Source: Podarcis bocagei
Lineage: Eukaryota
Direction: 5' to 3' (one strand)
NCBI GenBank assembly: GCA_964188305.1
Contig: OZ076888.1
DNA length: 64,000 nt
Positions 24,709 to 39,520 of this stretch are shown one piece after another. Every line of letters begins with the position of its first letter. Position 1 is the stretch's first letter. A model generated the notes under the pieces. It made no database searches and was not told the DNA's origin. It saw only the letters and a list, made by a program, of their open reading frames with translations. A program made the translations under genes and the position numbers.

Positions 24709-27700
24709 GCATGCATAGACAGAAGTAGGTGGTATCTCAGAAATGGTGTATCCTAAGAACAAGGATTGACTCAAAATCCTTGGAGCATCCATTTCCAAAG
24801 CTGCATTCTGTGATAAGTCCAGAGCTTGATTATTGAATTACACCTGAAGTGTTTTCAGGAGAGCAAAAACTTCAGTATAAAACAAGCTAATCACTAAGTG
24901 TAGCTTTAGCTTATACTTCTAATGTGTTATACAACAGCATACCAATAATTGTCGTGTTATGAGCAACAGACCCTGCTTTGTATGATACAGATATTGGAGC
25001 TAATCTTGAGAAATGATTTTCTATATTCTCAACACTTTGAAAAGAATTAATTTGTTTCTGTGGGTAGACTGTCATATGGGGTGAATCTGTACTGAATCAT
25101 GTACCGTACTGAGTCAAGCAATTGGTTATTCCAAGCATGACTCAGTTTAGATCCAAACCTTATTAGTGCCTGTTACTAATAGTACTATTTAATTTCTGTT
25201 CCATGTCAAAGCAGGTTATAACTTAGCCCGCCTCCCCTGTCCTCATCTTGCAATAATTTTGTCAGGTTCATCATACCGGCATAACTGCTTAACCAAAGCT
25301 ATGCAGTGAACGTCATCAATCAATCCTCATGTTAACGCTATTCTTAACAAAGGGCTGTGTGGCACCCCTCCCCCTTCCCATGTCTCCTACAACCACAATC
25401 AACAATACATTGAGATTCATATATTTAGGTGTGTGCAACAGGAGGAACATAAATATTTTTATTTCTGCAGATGTCCAGGATCTCTTCTTTCTCCCCATCT
25501 GCTTTTGTTCTTCAACGTCACTGTCTGATGCTCCTTTTGTTCAGCTCTTCACTTTCTTTCTGCCAACATTCCCACTTCCATCACATGGAAAAGGAGCCAT
25601 TTGCAATGAAGCAAAGCTGCACGATTTAATTTTAATGTTACATTTTGACTGTAGAATTTGAGTTGTGAATTGGAAACTTCTACCAGGTTTCTTGTATTAT
25701 TTTACTTTCTAGTTGCTCAGTAAAAAAGAGTCTCTAGGCAACTTACAAAAACTTAAGAACCAAGGGCCATAGCATAAAAATGAAAAGGACACATCACAGT
25801 AAAACCACCATCAGTCCTTTTTTGTTGATGATCCATTTCAACCTTGCTTTTCATGATCTCCTGTTTATTTAAAAGGCATTTCTAAACCACTTGATCTTTT
25901 TCTTTCTTTTTTTTAAATCACTAAGCTGTGTAGAATTATAGATGATCAAGGGCCATCTAGACCAACCGTCTTCAATGCAGGAATCTCAACTAGATCATTA
26001 TGTACAATATGAAACCAATATCCATTAAAACAAAATACAGCCTAAACCAATAAAACAATATAGAAACATATAAAAGCTAATAAAACAGAGATTTATTTGT
26101 AAACATAAATCAGTGTCCAGTCTTACAGATCAGGCAAAACCTGGACAAAAGGAAGTCTTTACAAAACGTCTGAAGCAACTAAGGGCAGAGGGAAGGGCAT
26201 TCCACAAAATGAGCAACAGCAGAAAACGCTGATATTTCTACACTTAATCTCTCTCCCTCCCTCCACCTCCACCCATGTTTCAAAGGTTCCAGTCTTGTGA
26301 TCACTCAACTTGGAGGAACCTGGAGGTGCAGTTTACATCATCATCCCAGCTAAGGGCTAAAATGTTTAAGCCCAAGCCTCCTGTCACTCATTTTGTTGGG
26401 GCGTCTCTATACGCTGCTCAATACTGCACTAACCTATGGTTGTTCACTAAACTGCCCTCATTATTAGGAGTGGATGTTGGGTGATATGAAATCTCTTTCT
26501 GGGGTGTTAGGTCTCATGGGGCTGTTTCACATAAGCAAATTATCTGCTGGTGCTGCAGTCACTGAATGATGAACATGCATGTATGAACTTGCCCTAACAT
26601 ATCTGGTGAGGCGGATTGTGAAGTAGAACTGCATAGATACTAAACTCCATTCCATTTTCTGTTATGGGGGTGGGGGGAGGACATTTCCTATGACGCTTAA
26701 GTATTCTGCCAGCAGCACCATTTCCCCAGACCTATCCATAGTGTGTCATTTATGGTCCGTGCGGTCAAACCACTAAATAATAGTTGTGGGTGTGAAGAAA
26801 CAGTGCCATAACTGTGCTTTACAAAGGGAGAAGCTTTTAATAGGAGCTATTTTGAGTCAGCCTGGGGAAGGAAATGGAGGAAACCAGAACTGCTTTGGAG
26901 AGATATTATTTATAAAGGCTTGTTATATCATCTGAGGGTTCCCCACCCCCTTGCTTATACAGGGTGTGTGCTAACACTTGATTCAATCTGGGTTTTGTTG
27001 TCTTTGGAGCAGGATTCTTTCTTCCCTCCGTGGTACCTTCACAATCTTGGAGATCTGATGTGGTTTATACAATGGTAGTTTGGCTATAGCAGAGGGCCTA
27101 TTCTGCTTCTATATTAGATACTCTGTATCCAATACCAAGCAACAAACATATACTCTTTGAGGGCAGGGAGGTATAATCTGATTATGTTTAGGCAGTATTA
27201 GTGCTACTACTGAAATTGACAAATATGTCCCTTAAGAGATTCCGCAAAAGCCTTATATCCTGTTCAACGTTCCTGGCAGCCTTCTCAGATGCATAGTGCT
27301 TCCCTCAAAGCTAAGGTTCCCACCATTTTGAACTGGCCTGGCTTCTGTACTGCTAATGATAGGTCTGAAATGCAGAAATTTAGCAGCTAACATTTTCTTG
27401 CCTTGAAAAGCTTCACCTGTTTACTTCTGCGTTTCATTACTGGCTTTGATCCTGTGCCTTAGAAGGTCAAAACTGCAGACCTGCACCAAATCTCTTTGGG
27501 AAGAGAGCTTTGGAAAGTTTCATAACTTCCTTCATGCTATAGTAGTGGGTGTTTTGTACGCTTGCAATATCTGTATTCCCATAGCGTTTTCTTTTCAAAC
27601 TCTTAGGATCAAAATATTCCCATCTGATTCCGTAATACGACATTTTTGGCTTCAAGGCTTGTTCAACAGTCAAGAGTTATTTGGCACCCACCATTCTTGA

Positions 27701-27730
27701 AGTCTAAAAACCTGTTTATTTGTGGATCCA

Positions 27731-27937
27731 TTTTTAGCCTGCCTTTCCCCCAAGGACCTCGGGATGGTGTATTTGGTTATTTCTCCATTTTATCCTCACA
27801 GCATCTCAGTGAGGGTAGACTGAGCTGAGCAAGAATAACAGGCTCAAGGTCACCCCTAGAAAGTTGCGTGGCTGAGAGGGAGTTTGAACCAGGGTCTTCC
27901 TGGTCTGATACTCTAACCACTGCACTACACTGGCTTC
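27731..27937 (-). mobile_element. Diverged tRNA-derived SINE (Squam3-type)
   Basis: Ends on + with CTCTAACCACTGCACTACACTGGCTTC and contains CAAGGTCACCC, as in the 8304-8565 copy. Confidence 0.75.
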
Positions 27938-28261
27938 TAGATCTTGGGCTGCAGTACAAAGAGGCATGCAAAACAATCTTTGGGAAATGGTACAGAAAAA
28001 TAAGTAGTGGCATGCCATGAATCGCTCCACAAACCGAAATCTCCTGACAAAAATAGGTTATTGGGTTCCCAGAAAACAGAAGGAGTTACAGAATTCTATG
28101 AAGATTTCAAACCAACTCTGCTACACTCCTTCAAGAAAGGAGTTGCAGCTATATGTTTGGTGTTTCCAAACTTTTTTAATAAATAAATTAACAGAAAATG
28201 TAAGAAATGTAATATAACCTCTGTACAGTGCAGAGTTGATGAATTACATTGTTTATTAATA

Positions 28262-28353
28262 GTGCAATCCTATACATGCTTAGTCTGAACTACTGGTAAG
28301 TCCTGCTGTGTTCAAATGGGGTCTGGTCCCCAGTAAGTGGGTTTAGGATTGCA
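28262..28353. mobile_element. About 90-bp palindromic MITE-like repeat (related copies near 12520-12608, 46128-46219, 55011-55097)
   Basis: TGCAATCCTA ... TAGGATTGCA inverted termini with a GTAAGT core; the same layout recurs in the window. Confidence 0.6.
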
Positions 28354-29994
28354 TTCTCTTATTCTACTACTGATGAAAAGAAAGTGAAACCATTCCTTCT
28401 CAAAAGTATCCAGTTTTACCTTTAACATGTGTTAAAATCTGTAAGGTTATATGTAGTTGTTATCTATACCCAAATTCATTCATCTAGTCACACCTAGGTG
28501 GAAGTAACTTCTTTTCTTTAGTCTCTTGCAATCAACATTCGTTTCTTTTAAACAATTCAAATTAATTTCTTGCTTCTGGGACATCATACAATCACTTCTT
28601 ATCATATGATGCAGTTTGCCCTGCATGTTCTGATTGGGCAGTAATAAATACGTGTAGGAAAAACGCATATTGTAAGGCAAGGAATGTTTATTTTACAGCA
28701 GGTATATGGCACAGAAAATTTGTACACAACATTTAGGTGCTAAAACAAAAAAGTATTACTTATGAAAAAAAAAATATATTTTCACAGCTTCCTTACAGGA
28801 TATTTTTCTCTAGGCAGTATACAAAAATAAAAACACAATTCTAATAATAGGACATAAAACACAAATTGCAGCAGCCTGCTAGTAGTAACTACGGACTAAT
28901 CAAGCCTTTAAAACAGTGTATAGACCAACATAAAAATAGCCCCCAAAATCCTGATAACCAGCAGCAGATTAAAACCAGATGCTCTGAAAACAGCAGCAGC
29001 CTAAATAAAATCATCTAAATTAAAATCACCTTAATGCTTTGGAAGAAGTTTGCTGCCTAAGCAGAATCTAGTGGAAAATGCAGACTTCTAAGAGTTATCA
29101 TATTTGAAATGGAACAGAAAAGTCTCCCGATTTAGATTGTCAGGAGATGAAGTTTTTCTTTTTGACTCACTTACTGGAGTTATTTGCAGTGTGCCTATAC
29201 TCTGATTATTCTAAACTGCACAAAAGTAACTTATTTTATTTGTTTATTTTGCACTTGTTCCTTTGGTGCAAGGATTTCCACTTCTGCAACAGAACTTTCC
29301 CCCTCTCCTCTCCTGGCAAGTTCCTTGCAAGCTCCTCAAATCCTCTGTGGAGTGTTGGAAGAACCAACAGGTGCAGGGAGAGGAAGGAAGGGAAGTTCCA
29401 CTGAACTGGCAACTCCACCCATTAACTCAAGTCTAACCTGTTTCATAGACTTTTTGTGAGAAAGAAATAAGACGGATTCATGTATGCATTGACCTTCTCC
29501 TCAAAATAAAGGTGGAAAAGAAATGTCATGAATAATGCTCTATATTCACCCTTTCTTATACGGGTTCTGGTGAGCTCCATTGAGCATGATAGAGATGGGG
29601 GGTGAACCCCTGTGATTACAGATTCAGAATATCTGGTAAACAAGAGGCCCCTGGGAAATCATAATACAGGATCAAAGCTTCTAGTAGGAAGACTTTGTGA
29701 AAATGACATAACACTCTGGCTTGGGTGTATGATAATGGGATGAAAACACTGGTTTTGGCAAGTGAGTGGCACACATGCTCCTCCTCCCCCCAAAGCAAAC
29801 AACTTTGTTCCCTTGATGCCTGGAGAAGTAGGAAAGCAGATCTGAGGGAACAGCATGTCCCTGTAGTATATTCTAGGTAATATTACTCTCTTAGGAAATG
29901 TGCAGTGTTCTCTAGCTGACCCTTTCTAAACTGTTGACGACTAGAAAAATTGGCTTATTAGGCTACATATTTTCTTGAGAAAGAACATGTAGAG

Positions 29995-30237
29995 CAGGGG
30001 TGCCCAAACTTTTTTCAAAGACGGCCAGATTTGATGAAGTGAACATGTGTGAGGGCATGCGTGAGGGCATGAAGGGTGAAGTTGTTGAGCTTTTTTTAAG
30101 ATTGATGTTGAGCTTTTTTAAAAAAAATTTGCAGATTTTTTAAGGATTTGACCCCAAGGAATAAACTGCCACAGGGGCTGGATTAAACTGCCACGGGGGC
30201 CGAATTAGGCCTCCAAAAAGGACTTTGGGCATGCCTG
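29995..30237. mobile_element. hAT (Charlie-like) MITE
   Basis: TIR CAGGGGTGCCCAAA / TTTGGGCATGCCTG; 8-bp TSD ATGTAGAG / GTGTAGAG (7 of 8 match). Confidence 0.85.
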
Positions 30238-33200
30238 GTGTAGAGGATAGGTGACATTTTGGAATCTGAGTGGATCCAAAAGCCAGGATCTTGAGCCGCC
30301 CCATACCTCAGAGCAGAGACATCAGCCTCTGTAATAATGCGCCTCCAGGAAGAATCTGGTGTTTCTTTTGATGGAATATGCAATTTCCCCCCAACAATCT
30401 GTGTAAAAGCTTAAAAAGGGGGGAAGGGTAGGTTTGGGCTGAAAATAGACATTTGCAAAGGAAAAAGTTTTAGGAAAAGTACATAACCTTCAGTTGATGT
30501 TTGTGGGCCTTGCTTTGGGAAGATGTGTTGTTTAGATCAGAGATGTGTTGTTTAGATCTGGCAGAAGGTGGCCTTCCAGATAGAGTTGGACTCCCAAGTC
30601 TCTTATAGTATATCCAAATTTACTGCTGGGGTTGCCAAATTCCATTTAGAAAGGGATTCCTGTGCCTTTCATGGCTACAAACAGAAGAGCATTTTGCCAA
30701 ATGCCGCTTCCGCCACCACTGCAATGTAGTGGTGAAGAAGCTGCCCAACGTCTCTACCTGTATCAGATTGGAGGTAGAAGATTTCCGGAAGCCACCTAAT
30801 CCAGTCCAGATAGGACCTAACCTTTGCCACCTGCGTACAGTCCAGGCTAGAGTAATCCACAGAAAGAGAGCAAGTGCACAGCAGAGATATATCTACAGTT
30901 CATGTGGCCCTAGTGAGACAAGTCACATGCTACAGGCAGGGCTGTGTGCGCACTGCGGTCCCACTGTTGCACCATGCAGGCATGGCTGAAGAAATCATCA
31001 CCTTGGGAATCTTTGTTTTCTTTGCTTTAACATAAGATTAACCAACCCTTGTAAATTGCATGGTTTTCAGAAACAACGTAATTCTGTGTGAGCTAGATTT
31101 GTGAGAAACACTTTGAAGCGCCACATATGTAGAGACTTGTGGCTATGCTTAGCATCCAAAGGGCTTCTTCAGAAGTTCTGCAAATAGACCTTCCCAGAGT
31201 CGCTCGACTGTCCAAAGAAAAGAACCATGTGGAGCAAGCAGTGCCTGAACCACACATCACTGGATGCAGCCACTCGTTCTTGGCAGCAGTGGAGTAGTAC
31301 TTTATAGCAAGCATTAACATGAGCATGTCAGCTGGAAGCAAAATGCAACTGTACTCAGGAATGCGCTAGGCCAATCGTGTGTCCTCTGTGTGGTTTGGGG
31401 ATAACAGAATGAAGCAATATTAGTATATCTTGTATCTCTTAGAGTGTGGTATTTTGGAAATTCAGGAAGCCGTAACACCTATCTTTATTAACACCTATCT
31501 TTATGGGGGGGGGGGAAATGTGTCACATGATCACTACCATACTGTGAGCCATTTGTTCCTTTTAATAGAAAACACATTTAGTAGTGGACTGTGTTAATTG
31601 GAGTTCCAATATGGTCCCAATTTTTGGTGTGTGTCCCCCCCCCACCCCAAATTGTCTCTTGGAAACTCCTGTGGAGGTCTGCTGGTATTTAGTTATTAAT
31701 CATGTAAAAATGGTTTAATGTCATGTGAAATGTTAATTATTCTAGTCTTGTTCGCAAGGCACTGTGGCTTCCTCCCAAGAGATATTGTTTTGTCCTTTAT
31801 TTCTACTGCAAGAACTATATGATTCAACATGTTTCCCACCCTTCTTGTGTATTTTTTTCATTCCTTGCAGGCTTGAATCTAACCCATTCCAAGGCAGACA
31901 TTTGCAGATTAGGTGGCTAAGCAACTGGGCCTGTGAGATATTAAGAGGAAGGCTTGGTTTCCTACCAGGACTATAACTGACCTTGCTGTATGAATCCGAG
32001 CCCCTTTGCCATATACCATTTGGTTACCAGGCAAGGTTATCTATAACCTGATGAAAGCTGATCAAGAAGGGGTTCACTAGAAATTATGCTCTGCTCATTT
32101 TAAAGAGTGACTTCCAAGTGTTGCATGTAGAATTTTCCCTCCGAGCTCAAGGATCCAAAACAGTAACTTCCTTGCACATTTGATTATTTAATGGACAAAA
32201 GAAATTCTAGAAATTACAACTGATTTGTAAAGGACCAGCATTAGATGGAAAACAATTGGCATTTGTAGGATTTAAGACATTGTGACTGCTGAAATTCAAG
32301 ATGAGCAAGATTTGGAGCTCCTTTAGAATTTCTGGATCTGGCATTTTCTGAAATGGAAAATTAATTTCCAAATGTAGACGCAGTTTTGGTTCAGCACTCT
32401 TGGATTGTTGACAAATAACACATTTGAAGGCCATGGTGTTTTTGAAAACACACACACACCTGTGTTGAATGGCTTCTAAAGAGGAGTGAGTATAATGGGA
32501 TTAACCAGAATGAGGGCACAGGATACACGATCAACTATTTCCATAGCAGTCCTTTTTTATTTTTAGCTTATTTTTAGCACCATTAGGTTAATCTTGGTGT
32601 TATAATTAGCACAGTTGCATTCCACATCACATTCATGGGAAATACCATGAGAATAACATGCAGAAACTTTTGAGAATAAACCAAAATCTCTACCTTTTCA
32701 CACAGTACAAGAATGATCTGTGGGCCTGGCTCCCATCAGTGATGTGTATATTTTCCATTGCTCCCTCAAGAAGTTCAAGGCAATATATGTGGATTTATTC
32801 CATTTTTATCTCTCAGCAACTGTGTGGGGATAAACAGTGGGTTAAAGCCAGAGAAGCTGTAAGAAGAAACTCCTTCATTGGACGAACCTTCTCTGGATCT
32901 AACAGTGATGGTTGCAAAGTCACTGGATGGTATCCAACTTGTGTTTCTTGTCTAATGACCTCAGTGAGTCTACACTGAGTAGAATTCATGTGGGATATCA
33001 CCCTTTCAATTTTAACTTTTAAAAATTATTTATTTAAACATACATGCACAGTTGTCAGATGCCTAAGGAACAAGTTACCTAGGCTCATGACTTGAGTTGG
33101 GACTTGAACACAGATTTCCCAGAGCCACAGCAATACATGAGTTCTTCTTCATATGGCACTTTCATAGCGCTTTAAATTGGGAAGCAATTTGAAAGGGATT

Positions 33201-33895
33201 CAGTTGCAGCCCTATGCACTAAAGATGGGAGAAACTTCTGCTCTTCAGATCTTGATGAATTTCCTACTCCCATCAGCCCAAACCGGCACGGCTAGTGGTT
33301 AGGAGTGATAGCAGCTGTAGTTCGACTGCTTCTGGAGTGCCACAGAGCTTCTTATCCCGGCCTATACTTTCTGTAGCACATGCCTAACAACCGTTTGTGT
33401 GTTGCTCTAAGCAGATGAAGGTCCATTTTGCTTTGCCCCACTTGCTTTTCCTCAAAGGTCCCATAGATTGTTGCCAGACATGGATGTTGGGGTCTTCTGT
33501 GTATTTCTGCCAGACCTACAGGGAATTTTCCTGTCATGCGCCCAGGCCCTTTTGGTGTCGCACTACATATGTGTATGAGTTGGGGTTTGACAGAGAAAAG
33601 CAAGCTACTTTGGTCGCCAGGGAGGGGCAGGTAAGCTGGATGCTATCTCTTGCTTCCTTTGCAAGCAATTGCTTTGAATGCCTGGAAAACACCCTTGTCT
33701 GGGGTTAGGAGGAACGTAAGGGGTTTGGTGGTGGCTGCCTGAGTGCTTAGGAGGGCACCACCGACCTACTCAAATGGAGAAAAGGGGAGTAAAAAAGGTT
33801 CTTTATCCCTTCTATTACATGAGGCATAATACAGTCACCTTGTTTGATATAAAGTTCACCTCCTCTCCCCTCTTGAGGAGAGTATCAGCTGAAGA

Positions 33896-34041
33896 CAGTG
33901 GCGTAGCGTGGGTTGTCAGCACCCGGGGCAAGGCAAGTAATTTGCGCCCCCCAACCCTGAGTGAGCCAGGTAGGGGCAGAGAGCTGCGATGTTGTGCCCA
34001 GTGCGGCTGGCCCCCCCTGCACCCCCCACGCTACGCCACTG
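33896..34041. mobile_element. hAT MITE, 146 bp (short form)
   Basis: TIR CAGTGGCGTAGCGTGGG / CCCACGCTACGCCACTG; perfect 8-bp TSD GCTGAAGA. Confidence 0.93.
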
Positions 34042-35628
34042 GCTGAAGAGGCATGTAAATAGACCACGTGTGGCAGTTGTTTTCCTGGGTGTGTAGAGAT
34101 TAGGGATGTGAAGCAGGTGGGGAAATTGGGAAGGGGGTCCTCCCCATTCTTCCAGGTTTTTTCCTGGGTTTCACGCCTCTAGTAGTGATATTTGCAGTGT
34201 GTTTGCATTGGGAGACAAGCCTTTGAAAGGGGTACACATAGCTTTGAATTTAAAGGTGTGAATGGACATGTCTGGAGGGAATGGGGTACAAGATGTTCCT
34301 ATATTAGTAGCCAGAGGAAGGCAGGGAAATTCCTTCAGGCCTGCTCTTATCTTGTTTTGGTCCTTGTTTTGGTTACGTGGCCAACCTGTATTTAGTTTAG
34401 CCTCTGGAAAGGGGATTTTGAGGGTGTGTTTGTAGCCTGCTTTTGTGCCACAAAAGACTGAAAGTGAAAGGGCAGGAGCTCAAGGGCATTTTATTTCTTG
34501 ATTTCCTATGTTCCAGGACTGAACTTTGTCAAAACACTGGCACAAATGTTTTGGATTCAAGTAAATCGCTCGAGAAAATGGGGAAGAGGCTTCCCTTTCT
34601 GGTTCTATTGCTGCTTCTCTATATTTAGCTGCAGTTTTTCTTCTTCTTACTCTTTTCCGTGTTTAACCAAACGCCTTACGTTAGTTGCTGTGTTTTAATT
34701 TTTTACATTTCTTATTTTGTTGACTTGATTTCAGAGTTTCTTTACTTAGAAGCTCTGGCTGAAAGGGTGTGCAGCCTTTTAAGTAAATAAACTATTTCAA
34801 TGAAGCTTATCTCTTAATCGGCTGGAACTACTGAATGGGGAGGAAAATTAAACGGCAGCTTCCACCGAGGAGGAGAAAACAGTGCTTTCCATTTGGCTCC
34901 ATTATATTTTGTTTTAAGCAAAAAGTAGGAAAGCCTTCAAAAAGCTTTCTAAACTGTGGTAGCCGAGTCTGTTTCCGAACGGTGTTGCCAGCTGTGTATT
35001 TCCTGAGAAGTAAGGTCATGTGTTTTTGCATTTGTATTTGACAGCCTGCACCTATGAGCAGAGTTACCGAGGACTGGCAGAAAGCCACAGCCGTGTTACT
35101 GTGCCTGGCTCAAGGGTTTGGAGCACTTATGTAACACTATAGCAAAGGAAATACAGTCTCCATCCATCCCCAGCCCTTCGCTGGCTTTCCATTTCTGGTT
35201 TTGTTACTTAGCAAAATCTTGGGTTTCCGTCCTTTCTCTGCTAGAGAACAAACTGCCCAATAGGAACCTGCATCGAAACAGCAGCAACCAATGGAAGGGT
35301 GGCTGGGAGGGGGGGGTGGAAAGGAGAGAGAAAGATTTGATTGTCTTTTGGGTTAAGGATGAAGCAAACCCGTCAAGTCATATGATGGCTTTACAAGATA
35401 AGCATATGACCTGGGAATTGTTTATGGAAGGATGCCCCTGCTTGCTTTCCTGCTCTCTCTCTCTGAACATGCAGAATTTATGCAGATGCCTCTTATTACT
35501 TGGCCCCAAAATGATACTCTTGCAATGATTTATTAATACAGGCTTGGCTGCTTGTCTCCAGCCATTATTTTTCTCCTAAACGATGCCTCCCTCCTCTGCA
35601 TTTTTGTAGAATACGATTTAACTCTGTA

Positions 35629-35633
<5 letters not shown>

Positions 35634-35676
<43 letters not shown>
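35634..35676. repeat. (AC)~21 microsatellite
   Basis: Direct reading. Confidence 0.97.
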
Positions 35677-35680
<4 letters not shown>

Positions 35681-36602
35681 ATTTCTTGAAAATACGCTTT
35701 GTGTGTTTTTGTGTGTGCGGTTTGTTTTTTTATCCTGTAACCATTGTGTAACAAATCCAGACAGGAACATTTCCTTTCCTCTTCTCTGCCCCTATTCAAG
35801 CAAATATGCTTTCTGATTTGAGGATTGAGTTAGGCTTGTGATTGAGAGAAAAAACTTTGTTCCCTTTAGGGACATTTCTCCTCTTTTAAAAGAATAAGGC
35901 TTTTAAGTGCGTCATTGCAAGACACGCTTGGTGTTAAGCCACATGGTACCTTAGCAGAATGTGACTGGGTTCTCTTAAGATTGTGCATGCCAAACCAGCG
36001 ACATTGTGTGTTCTGTGTAGCTGGCCCAGTTATGGGGAAGGGGGAGATACATTGTTTTAAAAGTGCTGAATATGTCACCTATGTTTTTGTGATCCTACTA
36101 CTTCCTGCATGTGGAATTTTGCAACGCAGCCTTGGGCATATCTTTAGCCTTAAGAAAGTATGAGAGGGTCTCTGCACCCCCTTCTCTTGTTTCTTGTATA
36201 AAAATGGCTGCTGCTGCGACTTCTAATAAATAAAAAATAAATAATATGTGCCAATGATTCCTGAATTAAGCCCCTTTTGGTTTGCATTAATTGAATTGGT
36301 CCAAAGATATATTTAAGCTAGCAATCTTTGCCTACTTGGGTAAATACAAAATCATTCCTTTCCTTGCCTGCATCAACCTATTGTGTATCAGAAAAAATGG
36401 GTTTTTCTAGAGCCTTTTTAGTGTAACTCTTTTTTCCTTTTGCAGATAAATGATTAAACATTGAGCTGCAAAATAGGAAGGGAAATGCAAGTGACATTCC
36501 ATATAATCTGAGGCTAAAAATGATTGCAAGTATTTGTGTCCATGTACTTTGTGGTCAGATATGACCTGTTGGTATCTTACAACTCTTAACTGGAAATCCC
36601 TG

Positions 36603-36727
36603 GGGGTTGTATCTAGCTAAATTATACTTTGTGAGTAGACCCATTGAAATCAGTAGGCCTAAATGAGTCATGTCCATTAATTTCAGTGGATCTGTTCCAA
36701 GTATGACTTACATTGGATGCAAATCCC
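36603..36727. mobile_element. Palindromic MITE-like repeat (related copy near 60356-60434)
   Basis: GGGGTTGTATCTAG ... TTGGATGCAAATCCC termini with internal inverted CCATTGAAAT / ATTTCAGTGG. Confidence 0.55.
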
Positions 36728-36923
36728 AGGTTTGGGGGTGGAGGTTATTCCTCTCCTGCCCTCTCCCATGTGAGGATATGAAGTGACTGCTTGTTGTCTC
36801 TCATAGTGGAAGTCTGTGTGGCTCCCCATTTGGTGCAGAGTTTAATATGTTTTTATTGTGCAGCGAGTCTAAGAAAAAAAGAATCTGCTTAACTTCTGTT
36901 AGTCTCCAATGTAAACTCAAACT

Positions 36924-37284
36924 TAAAGGTAAAGGTACCCCTGACTGTTAGGTCCAGTCGCAGACGATTCTGGGGTTGCAGCGCTCATCTCGCTTTATTG
37001 GCCGAGGGAGCCGGCGTTTGTCCACAGATAGCTTCCGGGTCATGTGGCCAGCATGACTAATCTGCTTCTGGTGAACCAGAGCAGCGCATGGAAACGCCGT
37101 TTACCTTCCCACCGGAGCAGTACCTATTTATCTACTTGCACTTTACGTGCTTTCAGACTGCTAGGTTGGCAGGAGCTGGGACTGAACAACGGGAGCTCTC
37201 CGCATCGCGGGGATTCGAACCACCGACCTTCTGATCGGCAAGTCCTAGGCTCAGTGGTTTAGACCACAGCGCCACCCGCATCCC
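36924..37284 (-). mobile_element. Full-length Sauria SINE
   Basis: Reverse complement of the 48886-49234 copy: tRNA-like head GGGATGCGGGTGGCGCTGTGG, B box GGTTCGAATCC, (ACCTTT)n tail; probable TSD AAACTTAA. Confidence 0.93.
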
Positions 37285-38924
37285 AAAAACTTAACCCCAA
37301 GAAATTAGAATCCATTTGCATACCTGCTGTGAGAGGTCTGCAAAATGTTACAATGCAGTGGCGGGGGGGTGGACATTGGGTGAAGATTCATACATTACAA
37401 GCAGCTTCATGGAAAAGCATGGGAAACACTCCCACATGGCAGTGGCTCCGGGCAGCAGTTATAATGTGGCATCAGTGCTGCCTCATGAAACCACCAACAC
37501 ATGGGAAAGCCACTTCTATGAGATGGTCATAATGTACAAATCTGTCCAAATACATGGAAAAGGCTTCTCACAGGGATCATTCTGAATAAGGAAAGAGCCT
37601 CCACACCGGGTTCTGACGCCACTGGGAATATGGTGTGGTAGTGTGGGGGGGGGGAACCTTGTTGTGACTGGTTCTTGTGCAATATTGCTATTCGTGGAGC
37701 TATCACTGTGAGTAAACATTTCCACCAGCACTAATGTGGTAGCTTTAGTAGGAATCCCTATCTTAATTGTGGCGGTGCACAAAGACCTCATATTCTGGTG
37801 TTTAAAACAGTAAAAAAGTGCTCCCTGAATTGCCCCCTCAGTGTTCTAGCCCTGATCTACAGGGAATCTACAATTATCATTCATAAACTTCGAGTTTTGG
37901 CAGGATTTTTGCCGTCACTGTGCCCAAGAGGCAGAGGAGGCAGTGTCTGGCCCTGCATGTGCGTGGTACAGTAGGGCTCCAGAGCGATGCAGTAAATGCT
38001 CATAAAAATAGGCTTCCTCCCCGAGCATTATATAATCAGAGGGAGTGATGTCATTTGTAACTGTGGAGAGTATCTCTGAAATTGCAGCCCTCCGCAGATG
38101 GGCGACTGCTCACCAAGGGAGAGGAGGAGAAGGAGACCCGTCTGACTGTGGTGTGACACACTGCAGTGTGGGGTTTTATAGCTTGAGAGAAGGAGAAAGC
38201 ACAGGCTGGCAGGGTGAACAATCTGTCTTTTAACACGCACTCATGTGCTTGCCGCATAAGCTTTGTCCAAGGGAAATATGAAATTATATCCATGTGCGCC
38301 CACTTAAGGAATGTCGGTGGGTGTAGGCTTTTCTCATGCCTGCCTGGCAAGGTGAGCCTCCCAAAACATACTGGATCTCATCCACCTTTGCATCAGATCA
38401 GCCTAATCCAGCCAGGATCTCTGCCTCTTTCATTTCAAATGGATCTTGCACATGTACTCTTATGGCTAGCCAGCAGTTTTCTGTCGAGAGATGTAGAAGC
38501 TGCAGAACTCCAGACTCTGTAGCTACATAGCAGAGTCGAATTTGACCCACGTTTGCAGGAGTCTTCTCTTGTGTTTTAACGTGTTAAAACTACTTGTGGC
38601 CTGTTTTGAGAATGCAAAGCACCTTCCTTTATTAGGTCAGTATGAACATGGAAGCTGGCCTCATTCATTCCTCCCACACTGTTCTCCTTCATAATGATAC
38701 CTTTCAGTGCTACAAAAAGTGGTGTGCTTCGAAACTGGTACTTCCTGTCTCTGCAAAGGGCCTTGCGTCAGTCATTTTTACCCAATGAAGATCAGGAGTG
38801 TGGTTGATAGGCTACCAGGTCAACCTTGGTGCTTGCTTGTTTATACCAGTACAAAAGGTGTGTCAGTCTGCTGCCAGACAAATATGACCTGAAAGAGTTG
38901 TGCGTGGTTTTTATTACAGAGAAT

Positions 38925-39520
38925 TTATATACCACATAGCATTTTTGGAGCATTCTCATAAGTGGTTTGCAATATATAGAATTTAAAATCAAAATACAGT
39001 AAAATATACAAATAAAATCAAAGTACAATAATCGCATTGTAAAAGTTTCGTCACTTAAATGAACAAGTTGGCAACTGAACATGGTAACCTGCTCAAGCAT
39101 CAGAATGAGGCCTGAGTAACACACAACCAAGTTTTCAGATATGTTTGAAGTATCTTGGGGGAGAGTTTTCCAGAGGGTTGGGGCTACACTTGGAAAAGGG
39201 CTGTTTTTGTAAGGTTTCTGGATGGCAATCCACAGTCTGATGACTGTAAAGGTCAAGTTGGGCTATTGTAGGAAAGTCTATCTGCTGGGTATTCGGATCT
39301 CTAGTTGTTTAGAGATTTATGTGCCCGTAACAAAACCTTGAAACTGGCTCAGTAGGAGATAAGCAGCCAGTGCAGATCCCTAAGCACTGGTGTCATATCT
39401 GTAGAAGTAGCCATACCATTTGGTATTTTAGCTGCTGCATTCTGTGCTCACTGCAGCTTCCAAACCAAGTGGAAGGGAAGCCCCACATAGAGCAGGTTGC
39501 AGTAATCTAAGCGTGAAAGT
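38925..39520 (-). mobile_element. L2-clade LINE 3' fragment
   Basis: Minus strand reads SRLDYCNLLYVGLPFHLVWKLQ*AQNAAAKI, the typical L2 ORF2 motif, then a degenerate C-terminus and UTR. Confidence 0.85.

Noticed and set aside
30675-30860. Minus-strand peptide vaguely like an L2 reverse-transcriptase segment
   Set aside because: The motif match is too weak to call.
3920-34070. Six CACGTG E-boxes (3920, 10073, 15266, 21511, 22665, 34065) as an autoregulatory array
   Set aside because: They are dispersed and about the number expected by chance; only the one clustered with NRF1/ETS sites was kept.
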